From Rickettsiales bacterium (GTDB lineage Bacteria; Pseudomonadota; Alphaproteobacteria; Rickettsiales; UBA3002): a DNA stretch of 64,000 bases. The stretch spans positions 8,543 to 72,542 of the forward strand of contig JBBKVX010000018.1 of the NCBI GenBank assembly GCA_037968615.1, written 5' to 3'. Position 1 is the first letter of the stretch; each line of letters starts with the position of its first letter. Position numbers and translations under genes: made by a program. The notes beneath the pieces are model-generated. The model was not told the DNA's origin and did no database searches. It saw nothing but the letters and a program-made list of their open reading frames with translations. Below are positions 19,449 to 29,752 of the stretch, piece by piece.

Positions 19449-19733
19449 CTAAGCGGAAGCCGCTTCGTCTTTCTTCTCTTCTTTCGCGTCGGCGGTCGCG
19501 TTCGGCGACTTGTTGACGGAGGCGATGCCCGCGAAACGGTTGGTGAAGCTTTCCAGACGGCCAGTTTTGCGCAGGTTCACGCCGCCAACCCAAGCCGGGT
19601 GCGTTTTGGGATCCACGTCGAGTTGGATCACGTCGCCTTCCTTGCCCATGCAGGAACGGGTTTCGTAACGGGTGCCATCGGTCATCACAACGGTGATGGT
19701 GTGGTAGTCGGGGTGAATGCCAGCCTTAGCCAT
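19449..19733 (-). CDS. rpmE: 50S ribosomal protein L31 (Cys-less type) with a Lys/Glu-rich C-terminal tail
   Basis: [27 protein letters not shown]...HPAWVGG is classic L31. Start set at the ATG at 19733. Confidence 0.9.
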   Translation of the reverse strand: MAKAGIHPDYHTITVVMTDGTRYETRSCMGKEGDVIQLDVDPKTHPAWVGGVNLRKTGRLESFTNRFAGIASVNKSPNATADAKEEKKDEAASA

Positions 19734-19845
19734 TTTGCTCTCCATGATCGCCCCACCGATTGTGCGGTAGGACATTGATTAGGGGCGGGTGAATAGCGTG
19801 GAAGGGGTGCTTTGGCAAGTGTTATATCCACCCGGCCTGCCAGCC

Positions 19846-19925
19846 AGAACTCTCCGGGAGGCGACCGCCGACCCGCGAAGCGGCAGGGTTTGGGGGGCAA
19901 GCCCCCATTCCGCGCGAAGCGCTTA
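19846..19925 (+). repeat. intergenic repeat family 1, copy B
   Basis: AGAACTCTCCGGGAGGCGACCGCCGACCCGCGAAGCGGCAGGGTTTGGGGGGCAAGCCCCCATTCCGCGCGAAGCGCTTA. Lies between the thiD stop and the rpmE start. Confidence 0.8.
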
Positions 19926-19929
19926 TAAA

Positions 19930-20733
19930 CTAATGCCCCCTTCGGGGAATCGCCGCGTAATGCCCCAGCGGCCCGTGGCCGTGGCCCAGGCCGGGAGCGT
20001 GGGCGATGGCGGCCTGTACATAGGCATGGGCGCGGTGGACGGCCACTTCCAGTTCCAGCCCCTGTGCCAGCCCGGTGGCGATGGCCGATGCGAAGGTGCA
20101 GCCGGTGCCGTGCGTGTGTTCGGTATGAATACGTTTGGTTTGCAGCAGAATGGCCGGTTGCGAGCGGCTGCGGAACACGTCGGTCAGCAGGTCGCCCGAG
20201 GCATGGCCTCCCTTTAAAAGTACGGCTTCACAGCCCATTAGCAGTAGTTCGTTGACGGCGGCAACCATATCCTCCGGCGTTTCAACAATGGCGCGGCCAA
20301 GCAGCAGCTCCGCTTCCGGCAAGTTGGGCGTAATGAGCGTGGCGCGTGGGATGAGGCGCTGTTTCATCGCCTCTAGTGCCTCCGCCTCCAGCAGCGGCGC
20401 ACCGCCCTTGGCCACCATCACCGGATCGACGATAAGGGGAATGTCGGCAGGTAACTGCGCCAACACCGTGTCGATGACCGCGGCGGAATGCAGCATGCCG
20501 GTTTTGATGGTGTCGGCCCCGATATCGCTGAGGCAGAGCTCGATCTGTTGGGCGATGAACGCTTCCGGCACCGGATGGACACCGAACACGCCCTGCGTGT
20601 TTTGCGCCGTCAGCGCAGTAATGGCCGTCATGGCGTAGCCGCCCAGGCAGGTCACGGTTTTGATGTCGGCCTGAATGCCTGCCCCGCCCCCGGAATCCGA
20701 TCCGGCGATGATGAGGACGCGGCCCATGTTCAT
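19930..20733 (-). CDS. thiD: hydroxymethylpyrimidine/phosphomethylpyrimidine kinase
   Basis: VLIIAGSDSGGGAGIQADIKT and GTGCTFASAIA motifs. The start, 1 nt after the glmM stop, is chosen over the ORF-track 20760. Confidence 0.9.
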   Translation of the reverse strand: MNMGRVLIIAGSDSGGGAGIQADIKTVTCLGGYAMTAITALTAQNTQGVFGVHPVPEAFIAQQIELCLSDIGADTIKTGMLHSAAVIDTVLAQLPADIPLIVDPVMVAKGGAPLLEAEALEAMKQRLIPRATLITPNLPEAELLLGRAIVETPEDMVAAVNELLLMGCEAVLLKGGHASGDLLTDVFRSRSQPAILLQTKRIHTEHTHGTGCTFASAIATGLAQGLELEVAVHRAHAYVQAAIAHAPGLGHGHGPLGHYAAIPRRGH

Positions 20734-20734
20734 G

Positions 20735-22096
20735 TTACGAAGCCTTGCGGCTGGTGCCACTGTGGGTCATCACATCGGCCAATTCATCTGCCATGCGGGT
20801 GATGGCGTCGTGGTCGTCGCCTTCGATCATGATGCGCACGAGCGGCTCGGTGCCGGAGGCGCGAACGACGATGCGGCCGTTGCCGCTCAGTGTTTTCTCA
20901 AGCACGCCAATGGCGGATTTCACTTCCGCGTTCTCCAGCACTTTCGCTTCGCATTTTACGTTCTTCAGGATTTGCGGCACGGGCGTGAACACGCGCAGCG
21001 CCTCGCTTGCCGGGCGGCCATCATCGAGCAGGGCCGACAGCACTTGCAACGCGGCGATGAGAGCGTCGCCGGTGGTGGCGTGGTCGCCGAGGATGAGGTG
21101 GCCGGAGGGTTCGCCGCCAAGGTTCAGGCCCTTCTCGCGCATCGCTTCCATCACGTAGCGGTCGCCCACTTTGGTGCGGTGCAGGCCAATTTTTTCCTTC
21201 GCCAAAAACTTCTCGAGGCCGAGATTGCTCATCAGCGTCGCGGCGATGGCGTCGCCTTTCAGCTCGCCCTGTTGCTTCAGGCGGCGTGCGATCATCGCAA
21301 TCAACTGGTCGCCGTCGATCACCTCACCTTTTTCATCGACCACAATGATGCGGTCGGCGTCGCCATCGAGCGCGATGCCGATATCGGCTTTTTCCATGAT
21401 GACGGTGGAGGCGAGCATTTCCGGATGCGTCGAGCCGCATTCCTTGTTGATGTTGGTGCCGTTCGGCTTCACCGCCAACGCCACTACTTCGGCACCGAGT
21501 TCGTAGAGGATGATGGGGCCGACCACGTAGCCCGCGCCGTTGGCGCAATCGATGACGATTTTCAGGCCGTCGAGCGTGAGATGTTTGGGGAAGGTGGATT
21601 TCACGAATTCGATGTAACGGCCCGGCGCATCGTCGAGGCGCTTGGCGCGGCCGATCATCTCGGGCTCGGTGGTGAGCACGCTGAGGTCTTCGTCCATATG
21701 GCTTTCGATTTCCAGCTCCACCGCGTCGGACAGTTTGTAACCGTCGGGCCCGAACAGCTTGAGGCCGTTATCGTAGAACGGGTTGTGCGAGGCGGAGATC
21801 ATCACGCCCAGATCGGCGCGCATGGCGCGGGTGAGGAACGCCACGGCGGGCGTGGGCATGGGGCCAACCAGCATCACATCGACGCCCATGGAGAGGAAGC
21901 CGGAGGTGAGGGCGGTCTCGATCATGTAGCCGGAGAGGCGGGTGTCCTTGGCGATGACGACGCGGTGGCGGTGGGCGCCACGGTTGAAAAAATGCCCGGC
22001 GGCTTGGCCCAGACGTTGCGCGATGTCCGCCGTCATCGGGAAATGATTCGCCGTGCCGCGGATGCCGTCGGTTCCGAAATATTTGCGTTTGCTCAT
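20735..22096 (-). CDS. glmM: phosphoglucosamine mutase
   Basis: [14 protein letters not shown] and the active-site motif [10 protein letters not shown]. Confidence 0.95.
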   Translation of the reverse strand: MSKRKYFGTDGIRGTANHFPMTADIAQRLGQAAGHFFNRGAHRHRVVIAKDTRLSGYMIETALTSGFLSMGVDVMLVGPMPTPAVAFLTRAMRADLGVMISASHNPFYDNGLKLFGPDGYKLSDAVELEIESHMDEDLSVLTTEPEMIGRAKRLDDAPGRYIEFVKSTFPKHLTLDGLKIVIDCANGAGYVVGPIILYELGAEVVALAVKPNGTNINKECGSTHPEMLASTVIMEKADIGIALDGDADRIIVVDEKGEVIDGDQLIAMIARRLKQQGELKGDAIAATLMSNLGLEKFLAKEKIGLHRTKVGDRYVMEAMREKGLNLGGEPSGHLILGDHATTGDALIAALQVLSALLDDGRPASEALRVFTPVPQILKNVKCEAKVLENAEVKSAIGVLEKTLSGNGRIVVRASGTEPLVRIMIEGDDHDAITRMADELADVMTHSGTSRKAS

Positions 22097-22165
22097 GCGA
22101 CTGTTCTAGCGCCCCAACGCGGCATTCGCAATGAAATGAATCGAAATATCCCGTGAAGATAGGGC

Positions 22166-24109
22166 CTAATGCACCACCGTGTCGGTCGCATCATCGTCGC
22201 TATCCGTCTTCTTTTTGCGCGAAGAAGGCAGGGATGAGCGGGTGGCTTTCTTCAGCTCGCCGCTTTCGCGCACCAGTTTTTCGCCCGCCAGAAGCTGCTT
22301 GATCTCGTCGCCCGACAAGGTCTCGTATTCCAGCAGCGCGAGGGCCAGCGTGTCGAGATCGGTGCGGCGCTCGGTGAGGATGCGCGTGGCCTCGGCATGG
22401 GCTTCCATGACGATGCGTTTGATCTCGGCATCGACCTGCGCGGCGGTGGATTCGGAGTTGCCTCCGCGATGCGTGTGCGCCGCGCCGAGGAACGGCTCGC
22501 CGCCATCGCCGTTGCCGTAATTGATGGGCCCGAGCGCGTCGCTCATGCCCCATTCCGTCACCATCGCACGCGCCAGTTTGGTGGCGTATTGGATGTCGGA
22601 GCTGGCGCCGCTCGATACTTTGTCGTGGCCGAAAATAATTTCCTCGGCCGCGCGGCCGCCCATGGCCACGTAGAGGTCGGCGTACATTTTCTCGCGCTTG
22701 TACGAGAGCTTGTCGGATTCCGGCAGGCGCATCACCATGCCGAGCGCGCGGCCACGCGGAATGATGGTGGCTTTGTGGATGGGGTCGCTTGCAGGCATGT
22801 GGATGCCGATGATGGCATGGCCGGCTTCGTGGAAGGCAGTCATGCGTTTTTCTTCTTCGCTCATCACCATCGATTTGCGTTCGACGCCCATCATCACTTT
22901 GTCTTTCGCGCTCTCGAACTCGCGCATGGTCACCACTTTGCGGTCGCCGCGGGCGGCCAGCAAGGCGGCTTCGTTCACGAGGTTGGCAAGGTCGGCGCCG
23001 GAGAAGCCGGGTGTGCCGCGCGCCAGAATGCGCGCGTCAACATCGGGCGCCAACGGCACTTTTTTCATATGCACGGTGAGGATTTTTGTGCGGCCTTCGA
23101 TGTCGGGGTTCGGCACGGTGATCTGCCGATCGAAGCGGCCTGGGCGCAGCAGCGCGGGGTCGAGCACATCGGGGCGGTTGGTGGCGGCGATGAGGATGAC
23201 GCCTTCGTTGGCCTCGAACCCATCCATTTCCACCAGCAGTTGGTTCAGCGTCTGTTCGCGCTCGTCGTTGCCGCCGCCCATGCCTGCGCCACGGTGGCGA
23301 CCGACGGCGTCGATCTCATCGATGAAGATGATGCAGGGCGCGGATTTCTTGCCTTGCTCGAACATGTCGCGCACGCGGCTGGCGCCAACGCCGACGAACA
23401 TTTCCACGAAATCGGAACCAGAGATGCTGAAGAACGGCACGCCCGCTTCGCCCGCAATGGCACGTGCCAGCAGAGTTTTACCGGTGCCTGGAGGGCCGAC
23501 AAGCAAGCAGCCTTTAGGAATTTTGCCGCCGAGTTTTTGGAATTTTTGTGGGTTCTTCAGGAAGTCGACGATCTCGGTCAGCTCCTCTTTCGCCTCATCG
23601 ATGCCGGCGACATCGTCGAAGGTTTTTCTCTCGGTGCTCTCGTTCAGCATGCGCGCGCGGGATTTGCCGAAGCTCATCGCCCCACCGCCGCCTTTGCCGC
23701 TTTGCATCTGGCGCATGAAGAAAATATACACCGCGATCAGCAGCAGGAACGGCAGCCACGAAGTGAGGAACACGCCCCAGAACGCATCGCCACTGGCGGC
23801 TGCTGCGCTGAGTTTTACGTCGTTGCTGCGCAGGGTGTTCACCAATTGCGGGTCGGTCACTGCCTGTAGGGCGAAGCTTTCGCCGTTCTTGAAATGGCCT
23901 TGGATTTTGGTGCCCTGCTCCGCCGATTCGCGGATCACCACGTCCGACACATTGCCGCCTTCGACCTGCGTCAGAAAATCGGAATAAGCGAGCCGCTGAA
24001 CATTGCCCCCGGCATCCTGTCCCATGCCGCCTTGCACGAGGTTCACCAGCAACAGCATGGCGACGATGATACCGATCCAAAGGGCGATGTTTTTCGAGAG
24101 TGGCGGCAC
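22166..24109 (-). CDS. ftsH: ATP-dependent zinc metalloprotease FtsH
   Basis: Two N-terminal TM segments, AAA Walker A GPPGTGKT, second region of homology, and zinc motif HEAGH. Confidence 0.95.
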   Translation of the reverse strand: MPPLSKNIALWIGIIVAMLLLVNLVQGGMGQDAGGNVQRLAYSDFLTQVEGGNVSDVVIRESAEQGTKIQGHFKNGESFALQAVTDPQLVNTLRSNDVKLSAAAASGDAFWGVFLTSWLPFLLLIAVYIFFMRQMQSGKGGGGAMSFGKSRARMLNESTERKTFDDVAGIDEAKEELTEIVDFLKNPQKFQKLGGKIPKGCLLVGPPGTGKTLLARAIAGEAGVPFFSISGSDFVEMFVGVGASRVRDMFEQGKKSAPCIIFIDEIDAVGRHRGAGMGGGNDEREQTLNQLLVEMDGFEANEGVILIAATNRPDVLDPALLRPGRFDRQITVPNPDIEGRTKILTVHMKKVPLAPDVDARILARGTPGFSGADLANLVNEAALLAARGDRKVVTMREFESAKDKVMMGVERKSMVMSEEEKRMTAFHEAGHAIIGIHMPASDPIHKATIIPRGRALGMVMRLPESDKLSYKREKMYADLYVAMGGRAAEEIIFGHDKVSSGASSDIQYATKLARAMVTEWGMSDALGPINYGNGDGGEPFLGAAHTHRGGNSESTAAQVDAEIKRIVMEAHAEATRILTERRTDLDTLALALLEYETLSGDEIKQLLAGEKLVRESGELKKATRSSLPSSRKKKTDSDDDATDTVVH

Positions 24110-24127
24110 TGAGGGCTCCGATGGTTT

Positions 24128-25387
24128 TTATGGGGCCTCAGTGAACCACCAAAAGCTTGAGGCAGCAAGCGGTTTTGCGGGTGCAAAACCAAGGCTGAGT
24201 CGCTCGGGCGGCAGGAATTCTGCGGCGTGTCCGGGTATATGGGGTACGGAGTGCAGCCGTTCAAGATGCCACAGCGCCGGAGTGGCGAGCGGCACCGGCT
24301 GCGCCACGGTGGCGCGGCCAGAAACGCCGAGCGCACCGAGTGTAAGCGCACGCTCCAGATCGTAGCTGACGCGGAAGCGCTGATCCCACAGCACGGTGCC
24401 GTGGCCTTTCAGTGTAATGGGCGGCTCGCAGCGGGCGGGTTCGCGCGCGATGGTGGCTTCCTCCAGCGTCCATTCGATGAGGCAGCCACCCAGCGTTTGT
24501 TTGCCACGTGCGGTGGCCATGGAGGTTTCCAACCACGCAGTTTCGTGCTGGCGCGGGCGATGGATGGCGCCGCCGATGCAGGCGATGCAATCGGCCAGCA
24601 ATTGCGAACGCAGCGTGGGCTCCAACGCTTTCCACGCGGCCATGGAAAGCCGTGCGAACCCGGAAGGGTGCAGCGTGACGCAATGGATGGCGGCTTCGGC
24701 CGCTTTGCGCTCGCGCGCCATGCGTTCGTGCGCATGCTGGTGGTGCTGCGCCACGGCGTCTGCAGCATCGCTTTGCGCCAGTAACTGGCGCGCTTGGGTG
24801 CGTGCGAATTCCGGCTTGGCGTTGGTCGGGTCTTCCAGCCACGGCATGTCGTTTTCGCGCAGGAAGCTTTGCAGCGCCGGCTTGGGCGTGGTGAGCAGCG
24901 GGCGCAGGAAACGCACGCCGCGATACAGGCGAATGGCCGACATGCCCGCCGCGCCATCCTCGGTGCTGCCGCGCGTGGTGTGCAGCATGGCGGTTTCCAA
25001 CTGGTCGCCTTGGTTATGCGCCACCAGACAATGCAGCACATGGTGCAGGCGGCACCATTCGGCCAGCGCGCGGTAGCGCCAGGTGCGCGCCGCCTGCATC
25101 AGGTTGTTGCCAGCGGGCGTGTGCATGGGGGTGAGGATATGGTGTTCGATGCCGCGACCACGCATCCAGCGCGCCACTTGCGCAGCCTCATGCGCCGAGT
25201 CAGGGCGCAGTTGGTGATCGACGGTGAGGGCGATGAGCCGCCCGCCGCGCGCACGCACATAGTTGTCGGCAAGCAGCGTCAGCGCCATCGAATCGGAGCC
25301 GCCGGACAGGGCGACGGCAAAGGTAGGGGAGGGCTCGAACGGCCCGAGTTCGCCGACGAGTACGGCAAACGCGTCGCTTAGCTGCAT
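24128..25387 (-). CDS. tilS: tRNA(Ile)-lysidine synthetase
   Basis: PP-loop motif ALSGGSDS near the N-terminus. Conserved position upstream of ftsH. Confidence 0.85.
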   Translation of the reverse strand: MQLSDAFAVLVGELGPFEPSPTFAVALSGGSDSMALTLLADNYVRARGGRLIALTVDHQLRPDSAHEAAQVARWMRGRGIEHHILTPMHTPAGNNLMQAARTWRYRALAEWCRLHHVLHCLVAHNQGDQLETAMLHTTRGSTEDGAAGMSAIRLYRGVRFLRPLLTTPKPALQSFLRENDMPWLEDPTNAKPEFARTQARQLLAQSDAADAVAQHHQHAHERMARERKAAEAAIHCVTLHPSGFARLSMAAWKALEPTLRSQLLADCIACIGGAIHRPRQHETAWLETSMATARGKQTLGGCLIEWTLEEATIAREPARCEPPITLKGHGTVLWDQRFRVSYDLERALTLGALGVSGRATVAQPVPLATPALWHLERLHSVPHIPGHAAEFLPPERLSLGFAPAKPLAASSFWWFTEAP

Positions 25388-26244
25388 TGCTGGCTGGTCA
25401 GTTCCTGCGCCGCTTTGGCCGCGGTGCGGGGCGAGCTGTCGCCGTATTTGCTCTGCACCTGTTTCAGCACGATGCAGGCTTCCTTGGTGCGTTTCACTTT
25501 GCTTAGCGACATGGCGAGTTTCAACAAATTGTCGGGCGCTTTCTGGCCTTCGGGGTTCACCTCGAACCCTTTGCGGAAGCCCTCGGCGGCGCGGGTGTAA
25601 TCGCCGCGCGCGTAGTAGCTTTCACCCAGCCAGTAATAGGCGTTGCCCGTCAGCGGGTCGCTGGGGAATTTTTTTACGAACTGGTCGAAGCTGGCGGCGG
25701 CGGCAGGGTAATCCTTTTGGTTCAGCAATTTGAACGCGTAGGAATAATGCGCGTTGGAGTTCGGGAAATCGCGTCCGGTAAGGGCAGGTTCGGGCTCGGC
25801 TTCTTTCTGGTACGTCGCGGGCTCGACCGGAGCGGCGGTGGCAAGTGTTTCGCCCGTGGGCGACGCTTCAGCAACGACGGGTGCCGCGGCCGCAGCGGTT
25901 TCCAGAGCTACTATTTTTGCTTCCAATGCCTGCACGCGGTAGTCGGTGTCGCCGCGATATTTTTCCAGCGCTTGCGTGGCGGTGCGGGATTCGTATTGCG
26001 ATTGCTCGACCAGGCCGCGCAGCTGGCGCATTTCTTCTTCCACCGCACCAAGCTTCGCCACGGCGTTGCCGCCGGTAACAGTGCCGCCCGAAGCCGTGCC
26101 GCCGGAATAGACCTGCTTCTGTACGAAGTTCAGGTCGCGCTCCAACCGGGTGAGGCGGTCGTTAAGTTCGCTGGTGCTTTGGGCAAAAGCGGGTGCGGCA
26201 GCAAGAAGCGGCAGCAGGCATAAAACGAGTCGGCGCATGAACAT
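25378..26244 (-). CDS. cpoB: Tol-Pal system protein CpoB/YbgF
   Basis: Signal peptide, coiled-coil N-domain and C-terminal TPR (AYYWLGESYYARGDY). Located downstream of pal. Confidence 0.8.
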   Translation of the reverse strand: MFMRRLVLCLLPLLAAAPAFAQSTSELNDRLTRLERDLNFVQKQVYSGGTASGGTVTGGNAVAKLGAVEEEMRQLRGLVEQSQYESRTATQALEKYRGDTDYRVQALEAKIVALETAAAAAPVVAEASPTGETLATAAPVEPATYQKEAEPEPALTGRDFPNSNAHYSYAFKLLNQKDYPAAAASFDQFVKKFPSDPLTGNAYYWLGESYYARGDYTRAAEGFRKGFEVNPEGQKAPDNLLKLAMSLSKVKRTKEACIVLKQVQSKYGDSSPRTAAKAAQELTSQQCS

Positions 26245-26310
26245 CTCCAGAAGTTACTCTCGGGCCTAGCAAGTTTCCCGCGTGCACGCAACTGCGCCCA
26301 CCGAACTATG

Positions 26311-26347
26311 CGCAAAGAAAAAGCCCGCCGGGTTTCCCCGGCGGGCT
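26311..26347 (-). terminator. strong hairpin between pal and cpoB (terminator/attenuator)
   Basis: 11-bp perfect stem AGCCCGCCGGG / CCCGGCGGGCT with loop TTTC. On the minus strand it is followed by TTTTCTTTG. Confidence 0.6.
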
Positions 26348-26406
26348 TCGTCTTTGTGTCGGCTAGTTCGTGGTCAAATCGGGTCGCCCCGTTTCAACCC
26401 GTGAAA

Positions 26407-26877
26407 CTAGTTAGCGATAACCGTAACCGCGCGGCGGTTCTGGCCCCAGGCCGACTCGTCGGAACCGGTCATCGACGGACGCTCTTTACCGTACGAAACG
26501 GTCGAGATCATGCCAGCCGAAACGCCGGTGGAAACGAGGTAGTTTTTAGCAGCCGATGCACGACGCTCGCCGAGGGCAAGGTTGTACTCACGGGTGCCGC
26601 GCTCATCAGCGTGACCTTCAACTACGACCGAGGTCGAGCTGTTTGCTTTGAGCCAAGCAGCCTGGCGGTCCAGGGTAGCTTGCGAAGCGCCGTCAAGAAC
26701 CGAGCTGTCGAGCGCGAAGAATACGCGATCGCCAACGTTGGTGCCGTCAGCCATTACGCCGAGGGTGCCGTTGGTGCCGGTGCCGTTGCCGGCAGCGTTC
26801 ATGTCGTCAGAAGAATCGCTCGAGCATGCTGCAACAAGCAACAGTGCCGAAACGAGAGCCAATGCAGTCTTTTTCAT
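26407..26877 (-). CDS. pal: peptidoglycan-associated lipoprotein Pal
   Basis: Lipobox LLVAAC|S. OmpA-C-like domain VVVEGHADERGTREYNLALGERRA. Confidence 0.9.
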   Translation of the reverse strand: MKKTALALVSALLLVAACSSDSSDDMNAAGNGTGTNGTLGVMADGTNVGDRVFFALDSSVLDGASQATLDRQAAWLKANSSTSVVVEGHADERGTREYNLALGERRASAAKNYLVSTGVSAGMISTVSYGKERPSMTGSDESAWGQNRRAVTVIAN

Positions 26878-27037
26878 TTTAAATCTCCAGAAAAAACAAT
26901 TACTTAGCTGTCCTGCGGGGACAGTTGCCGCATTTAGTAGAGGGTCGCATATAAAAATACAAGTGGGCTCATGAGGCCTGACACCACGGATGATTGAATC
27001 TTACCGTCTGTTGCAAAGTAGCAACAGGGGGCGGCCC

Positions 27038-28339
27038 TTACATCGGAAGTAACGGGCTCCAGGCCGGATCGGAGGCATCCTGAGGCGTCAGCACTTGGCG
27101 CTGGTTGTAGCCAGTGATGTCAACCGAATAGAGCTTGGTGGCCCCACCCGGCGCGCCTTTGTTGAATACGATGACACGCCCGTTGGGTGCCCAACTCGGG
27201 CCTTCGGCCAGCCAATTCTGAGCCAGCATACGCTCGCCCGTACCATCCGGGCGCATGACGCCGATATAGAACTGCCCGCCCGACATGCGGGTGAAGGCGA
27301 TGAGAGCGCCGCGCGGCGACCAGACGGGTGTGGCGTAATTGCCCTGACCGTGGCTTATGCGTTGGATATTGCCGCCGTTCGAGTCCATCACATAGAGCTG
27401 CTGCGAGCCGCCGCGGTCGGAGTTGAACACGATGGAACGGCCATCCGGCGAGTAGCTCGGCGAGGTGTCGATGACGCCGGGCTGGTTGGTGAGGCGGCGC
27501 ATCTGGCGCGAGCGCAGGTCCATCTCGTGAATGTTGGTGGTGCCGCCGGAAGCGATCGACATCAGCATTTTCGAGCCGTCATGGTTGAAGCGCGGCGCGA
27601 AGCTCATGCCCTGGAAGTTGCCCATCGACTCCTCGCGGCCGGTTTGTAGGTCGCGCAGGAACACGCGCGGCTGGCGTCCGGAATAGGACATATAGAGTAT
27701 CTGCTGCGTGTTGGGCGAGAAGCGCGGGGTGAGCACCAGCGAACGGCCATCGGTGAGGAACTTATGGTTCTCGCCGTCCTGATCCATGATGGCGAGGCGT
27801 TTCACGCGGTTCTTGGCCGGGCCGGATTCCGCCACATACACGATGCGCGTATCGAAATAGCCGAGCTCGCCCGTGAGGCGCTTGTAGATTTCATCGGCAA
27901 TCAAATGGCCAATGCGGCGCGAGTTGCGGCCGAACGTATTGTATTCCTTGCCCGCCACTTGCACTTCAGCCAGAGCGTCCCACAGACGGAAGCTCACTTT
28001 CACGCGGTCGCCTTCCATTTGCGTCACAGTGCCCGTGACCAGCGCCTGCGCGTTGATCTGGCGCCAATCGGCGAAACGCGGCACGGCATCGCCGTTCGCT
28101 ACTTTTTCAATGAACGCGGCTTGCGCGATGGGGCGGAACAGGCCCGAACGCTCCAGATCCGCCGCCACCACGGCCATGATGCTGGCGCCCAGCGGGCTTC
28201 CGCCCGTTAAGTTCGTTACGGCGATGGGCATGGGCTGCGGGTTGCCCTGCGTAATGTCGATCTTCAGTTCCGCCCGCGCGGGGGCGCTGAGCATGAAGGA
28301 GGCGGTGAGGGCAAGGGCGAGGAATTTCGTGAGGCGCAT
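27038..28339 (-). CDS. tolB: Tol-Pal system beta-propeller protein TolB
   Basis: Start at the ATG at 28339 (MRLTKFLALALTASFMLSAPARA signal peptide). Repeated propeller motifs SPSYSPDGRSIVF, TPVWSPRGALIAF and GPSWAPNGRVIVF. Confidence 0.9.
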   Translation of the reverse strand: MRLTKFLALALTASFMLSAPARAELKIDITQGNPQPMPIAVTNLTGGSPLGASIMAVVAADLERSGLFRPIAQAAFIEKVANGDAVPRFADWRQINAQALVTGTVTQMEGDRVKVSFRLWDALAEVQVAGKEYNTFGRNSRRIGHLIADEIYKRLTGELGYFDTRIVYVAESGPAKNRVKRLAIMDQDGENHKFLTDGRSLVLTPRFSPNTQQILYMSYSGRQPRVFLRDLQTGREESMGNFQGMSFAPRFNHDGSKMLMSIASGGTTNIHEMDLRSRQMRRLTNQPGVIDTSPSYSPDGRSIVFNSDRGGSQQLYVMDSNGGNIQRISHGQGNYATPVWSPRGALIAFTRMSGGQFYIGVMRPDGTGERMLAQNWLAEGPSWAPNGRVIVFNKGAPGGATKLYSVDITGYNQRQVLTPQDASDPAWSPLLPM

Positions 28340-28438
28340 AATAGTGACCTTCTTGGTTGGGATATCGTTCCTGTCGCGCGCGACATAAATATGCGATGCG
28401 AAACTACACAACCGTGCCTACCGCGCAAGCGGAATGCG

Positions 28439-29290
28439 CTAGAAATACATCTTCGGATCGAAGGTGAGTTCCATGTCCTTCCACGAGCCATACTTGCTGG
28501 CGTCGAGGGTTTTGAGGGGCGAGCAGCGATGCACGGCGCGGGTGGCCGAGTCGACGGCGGCACGGAAGAACTGGTCGGACCCATACCGGCCCTGCAGGTC
28601 GGGGCGTAGTTTCACATCGATCAACGTGCCGTCCTGTTTGTACTGTGCCTTGAGGATGACGACGAGCCCCGCCGCGTCCTTGGCACCCATCGGCGGGCTC
28701 CAGCAGGGAATGAACTGGTTGCGAATGGCGTCCTGCTCGGAAATGCTGAGCGGCAGCGAGTCGTCGTACGGCGCATCCGATTTGGTCTTGTTCTCCTCCG
28801 TCGCGCTTTCGCTGGGCGCGTCGGGCTTGCTTTCCTGCGCTTCCTTGGCGAGGTCGTTCAACAGCTTCTGCAGCTCGTCTTCCTGTTTCTCAGGCGCGGG
28901 CTTTTCGGGCTTCTTCTCAACTTCGGGTTTTTTCTTCTCGGCGCCCTCGTCGGGGTCAAAGGGTTTCTCTTCGACTTTCTCGACGGGCTTCGGCTTGGGG
29001 AGGTCCGCTTTCGGTTTCTCGACGGGCTTCGGCGGCACGGGTTTTTTCACTTCTGGCGCTTTCGCCACGGTCTTCTTTGTGATTGGTTTGTCGGAGGGTT
29101 TGATGTTGGTCATCGCGCTGATGGGCAGCACTTCTACCGTCATCACCAGCGGCACCGGCTCGGGCGAATCGGGCAGCAGGATGGGCAGGCCGAACGCCGC
29201 CACCAGAATCAGCACGAGATGGAGCACCACCGACAGCGTAAAGCTGCGGCTTTCGAACCATTCGGGCAACGCTGTGTGTTTCTCGGCCAT
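28439..29290 (-). CDS. tolA: TolA-like protein
   Basis: N-terminal TM anchor, long Lys/Pro/Glu-rich linker (KKPVPPKPVEKPKADLPKPKPVEK...), and a TonB/TolA-type C-terminal domain. Positioned between tolR and tolB. Confidence 0.7.
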   Translation of the reverse strand: MAEKHTALPEWFESRSFTLSVVLHLVLILVAAFGLPILLPDSPEPVPLVMTVEVLPISAMTNIKPSDKPITKKTVAKAPEVKKPVPPKPVEKPKADLPKPKPVEKVEEKPFDPDEGAEKKKPEVEKKPEKPAPEKQEDELQKLLNDLAKEAQESKPDAPSESATEENKTKSDAPYDDSLPLSISEQDAIRNQFIPCWSPPMGAKDAAGLVVILKAQYKQDGTLIDVKLRPDLQGRYGSDQFFRAAVDSATRAVHRCSPLKTLDASKYGSWKDMELTFDPKMYF

Positions 29291-29296
29291 GATGCC

Positions 29297-29752
29297 TTAT
29301 TTCTTGGGCGTGGTGCCGGCCATATCGGTCAGCAACGCGACCTTGGTGAACCCGGCAGCGTTGATCTGGCCGATGGCCTGCATCACCTTGCCGTAATCGA
29401 TGGAGGTGTCGCCACGCACGAAAATGCGCGTTTCGGTTTTCTCACCGAGAATGGCTTGCAGTTTCGGCCCCAACTCGTCGAGCTCCACTTCCGATTCCTG
29501 CACATAGATGCTGCCGTCGGATTTGATGCTCACCGACAATGGCTCGTCGTTACCGGGCACGGCGGAGGCTTGGGTTTTGGGCAGATCCACCGTTACGCCC
29601 GTGGTCATCATAGGTGCCGCCACCATGAAGATGATGAGCAGCACCAGCATCACATCCACGAACGGGGTGACGTTGATCTCGTTGAAGCCGCCTGCGTTGC
29701 GCGTGCGCGAGCGGCGTCCGCCGCTGCCGCCGCCGGGTCCCGTCATGGCCAT
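29297..29752 (-). CDS. tolR: TolR (ExbD/TolR family)
   Basis: INVTPFVDVMLVLLIIFMV TM motif. The start overlaps the tolQ stop by 1 nt. Confidence 0.85.
   Translation of the reverse strand: MAMTGPGGGSGGRRSRTRNAGGFNEINVTPFVDVMLVLLIIFMVAAPMMTTGVTVDLPKTQASAVPGNDEPLSVSIKSDGSIYVQESEVELDELGPKLQAILGEKTETRIFVRGDTSIDYGKVMQAIGQINAAGFTKVALLTDMAGTTPKK

Noticed and set aside
19449-19520. ~24-aa Lys/Glu/Ala-rich C-terminal tail on ribosomal protein L31, and absence of the CxxC zinc motifs.
   Set aside because: Cys-less L31 is common outside Enterobacteria, and short charged tails on ribosomal proteins are frequent. It is not distinctive enough to flag.
20675-23869. Very long ORFs antisense to glmM (20675-22156, 493 aa) and ftsH (22397-23869, 490 aa). 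Similar ones lie opposite the MCP (421-1599), flippase (4942-6246), GDPD gene (35879-36967), cheA (42307-43773, 42354-44114), fliI (49753-50895) and pdxH/ydbH (52336-53673).
   Set aside because: Their translations are low-complexity and rich in Arg/Gly/Ala/His, with no recognisable motifs. Each lies opposite a gene with unambiguous conserved motifs. Stop-codon-poor antisense frames are expected in high-GC DNA.
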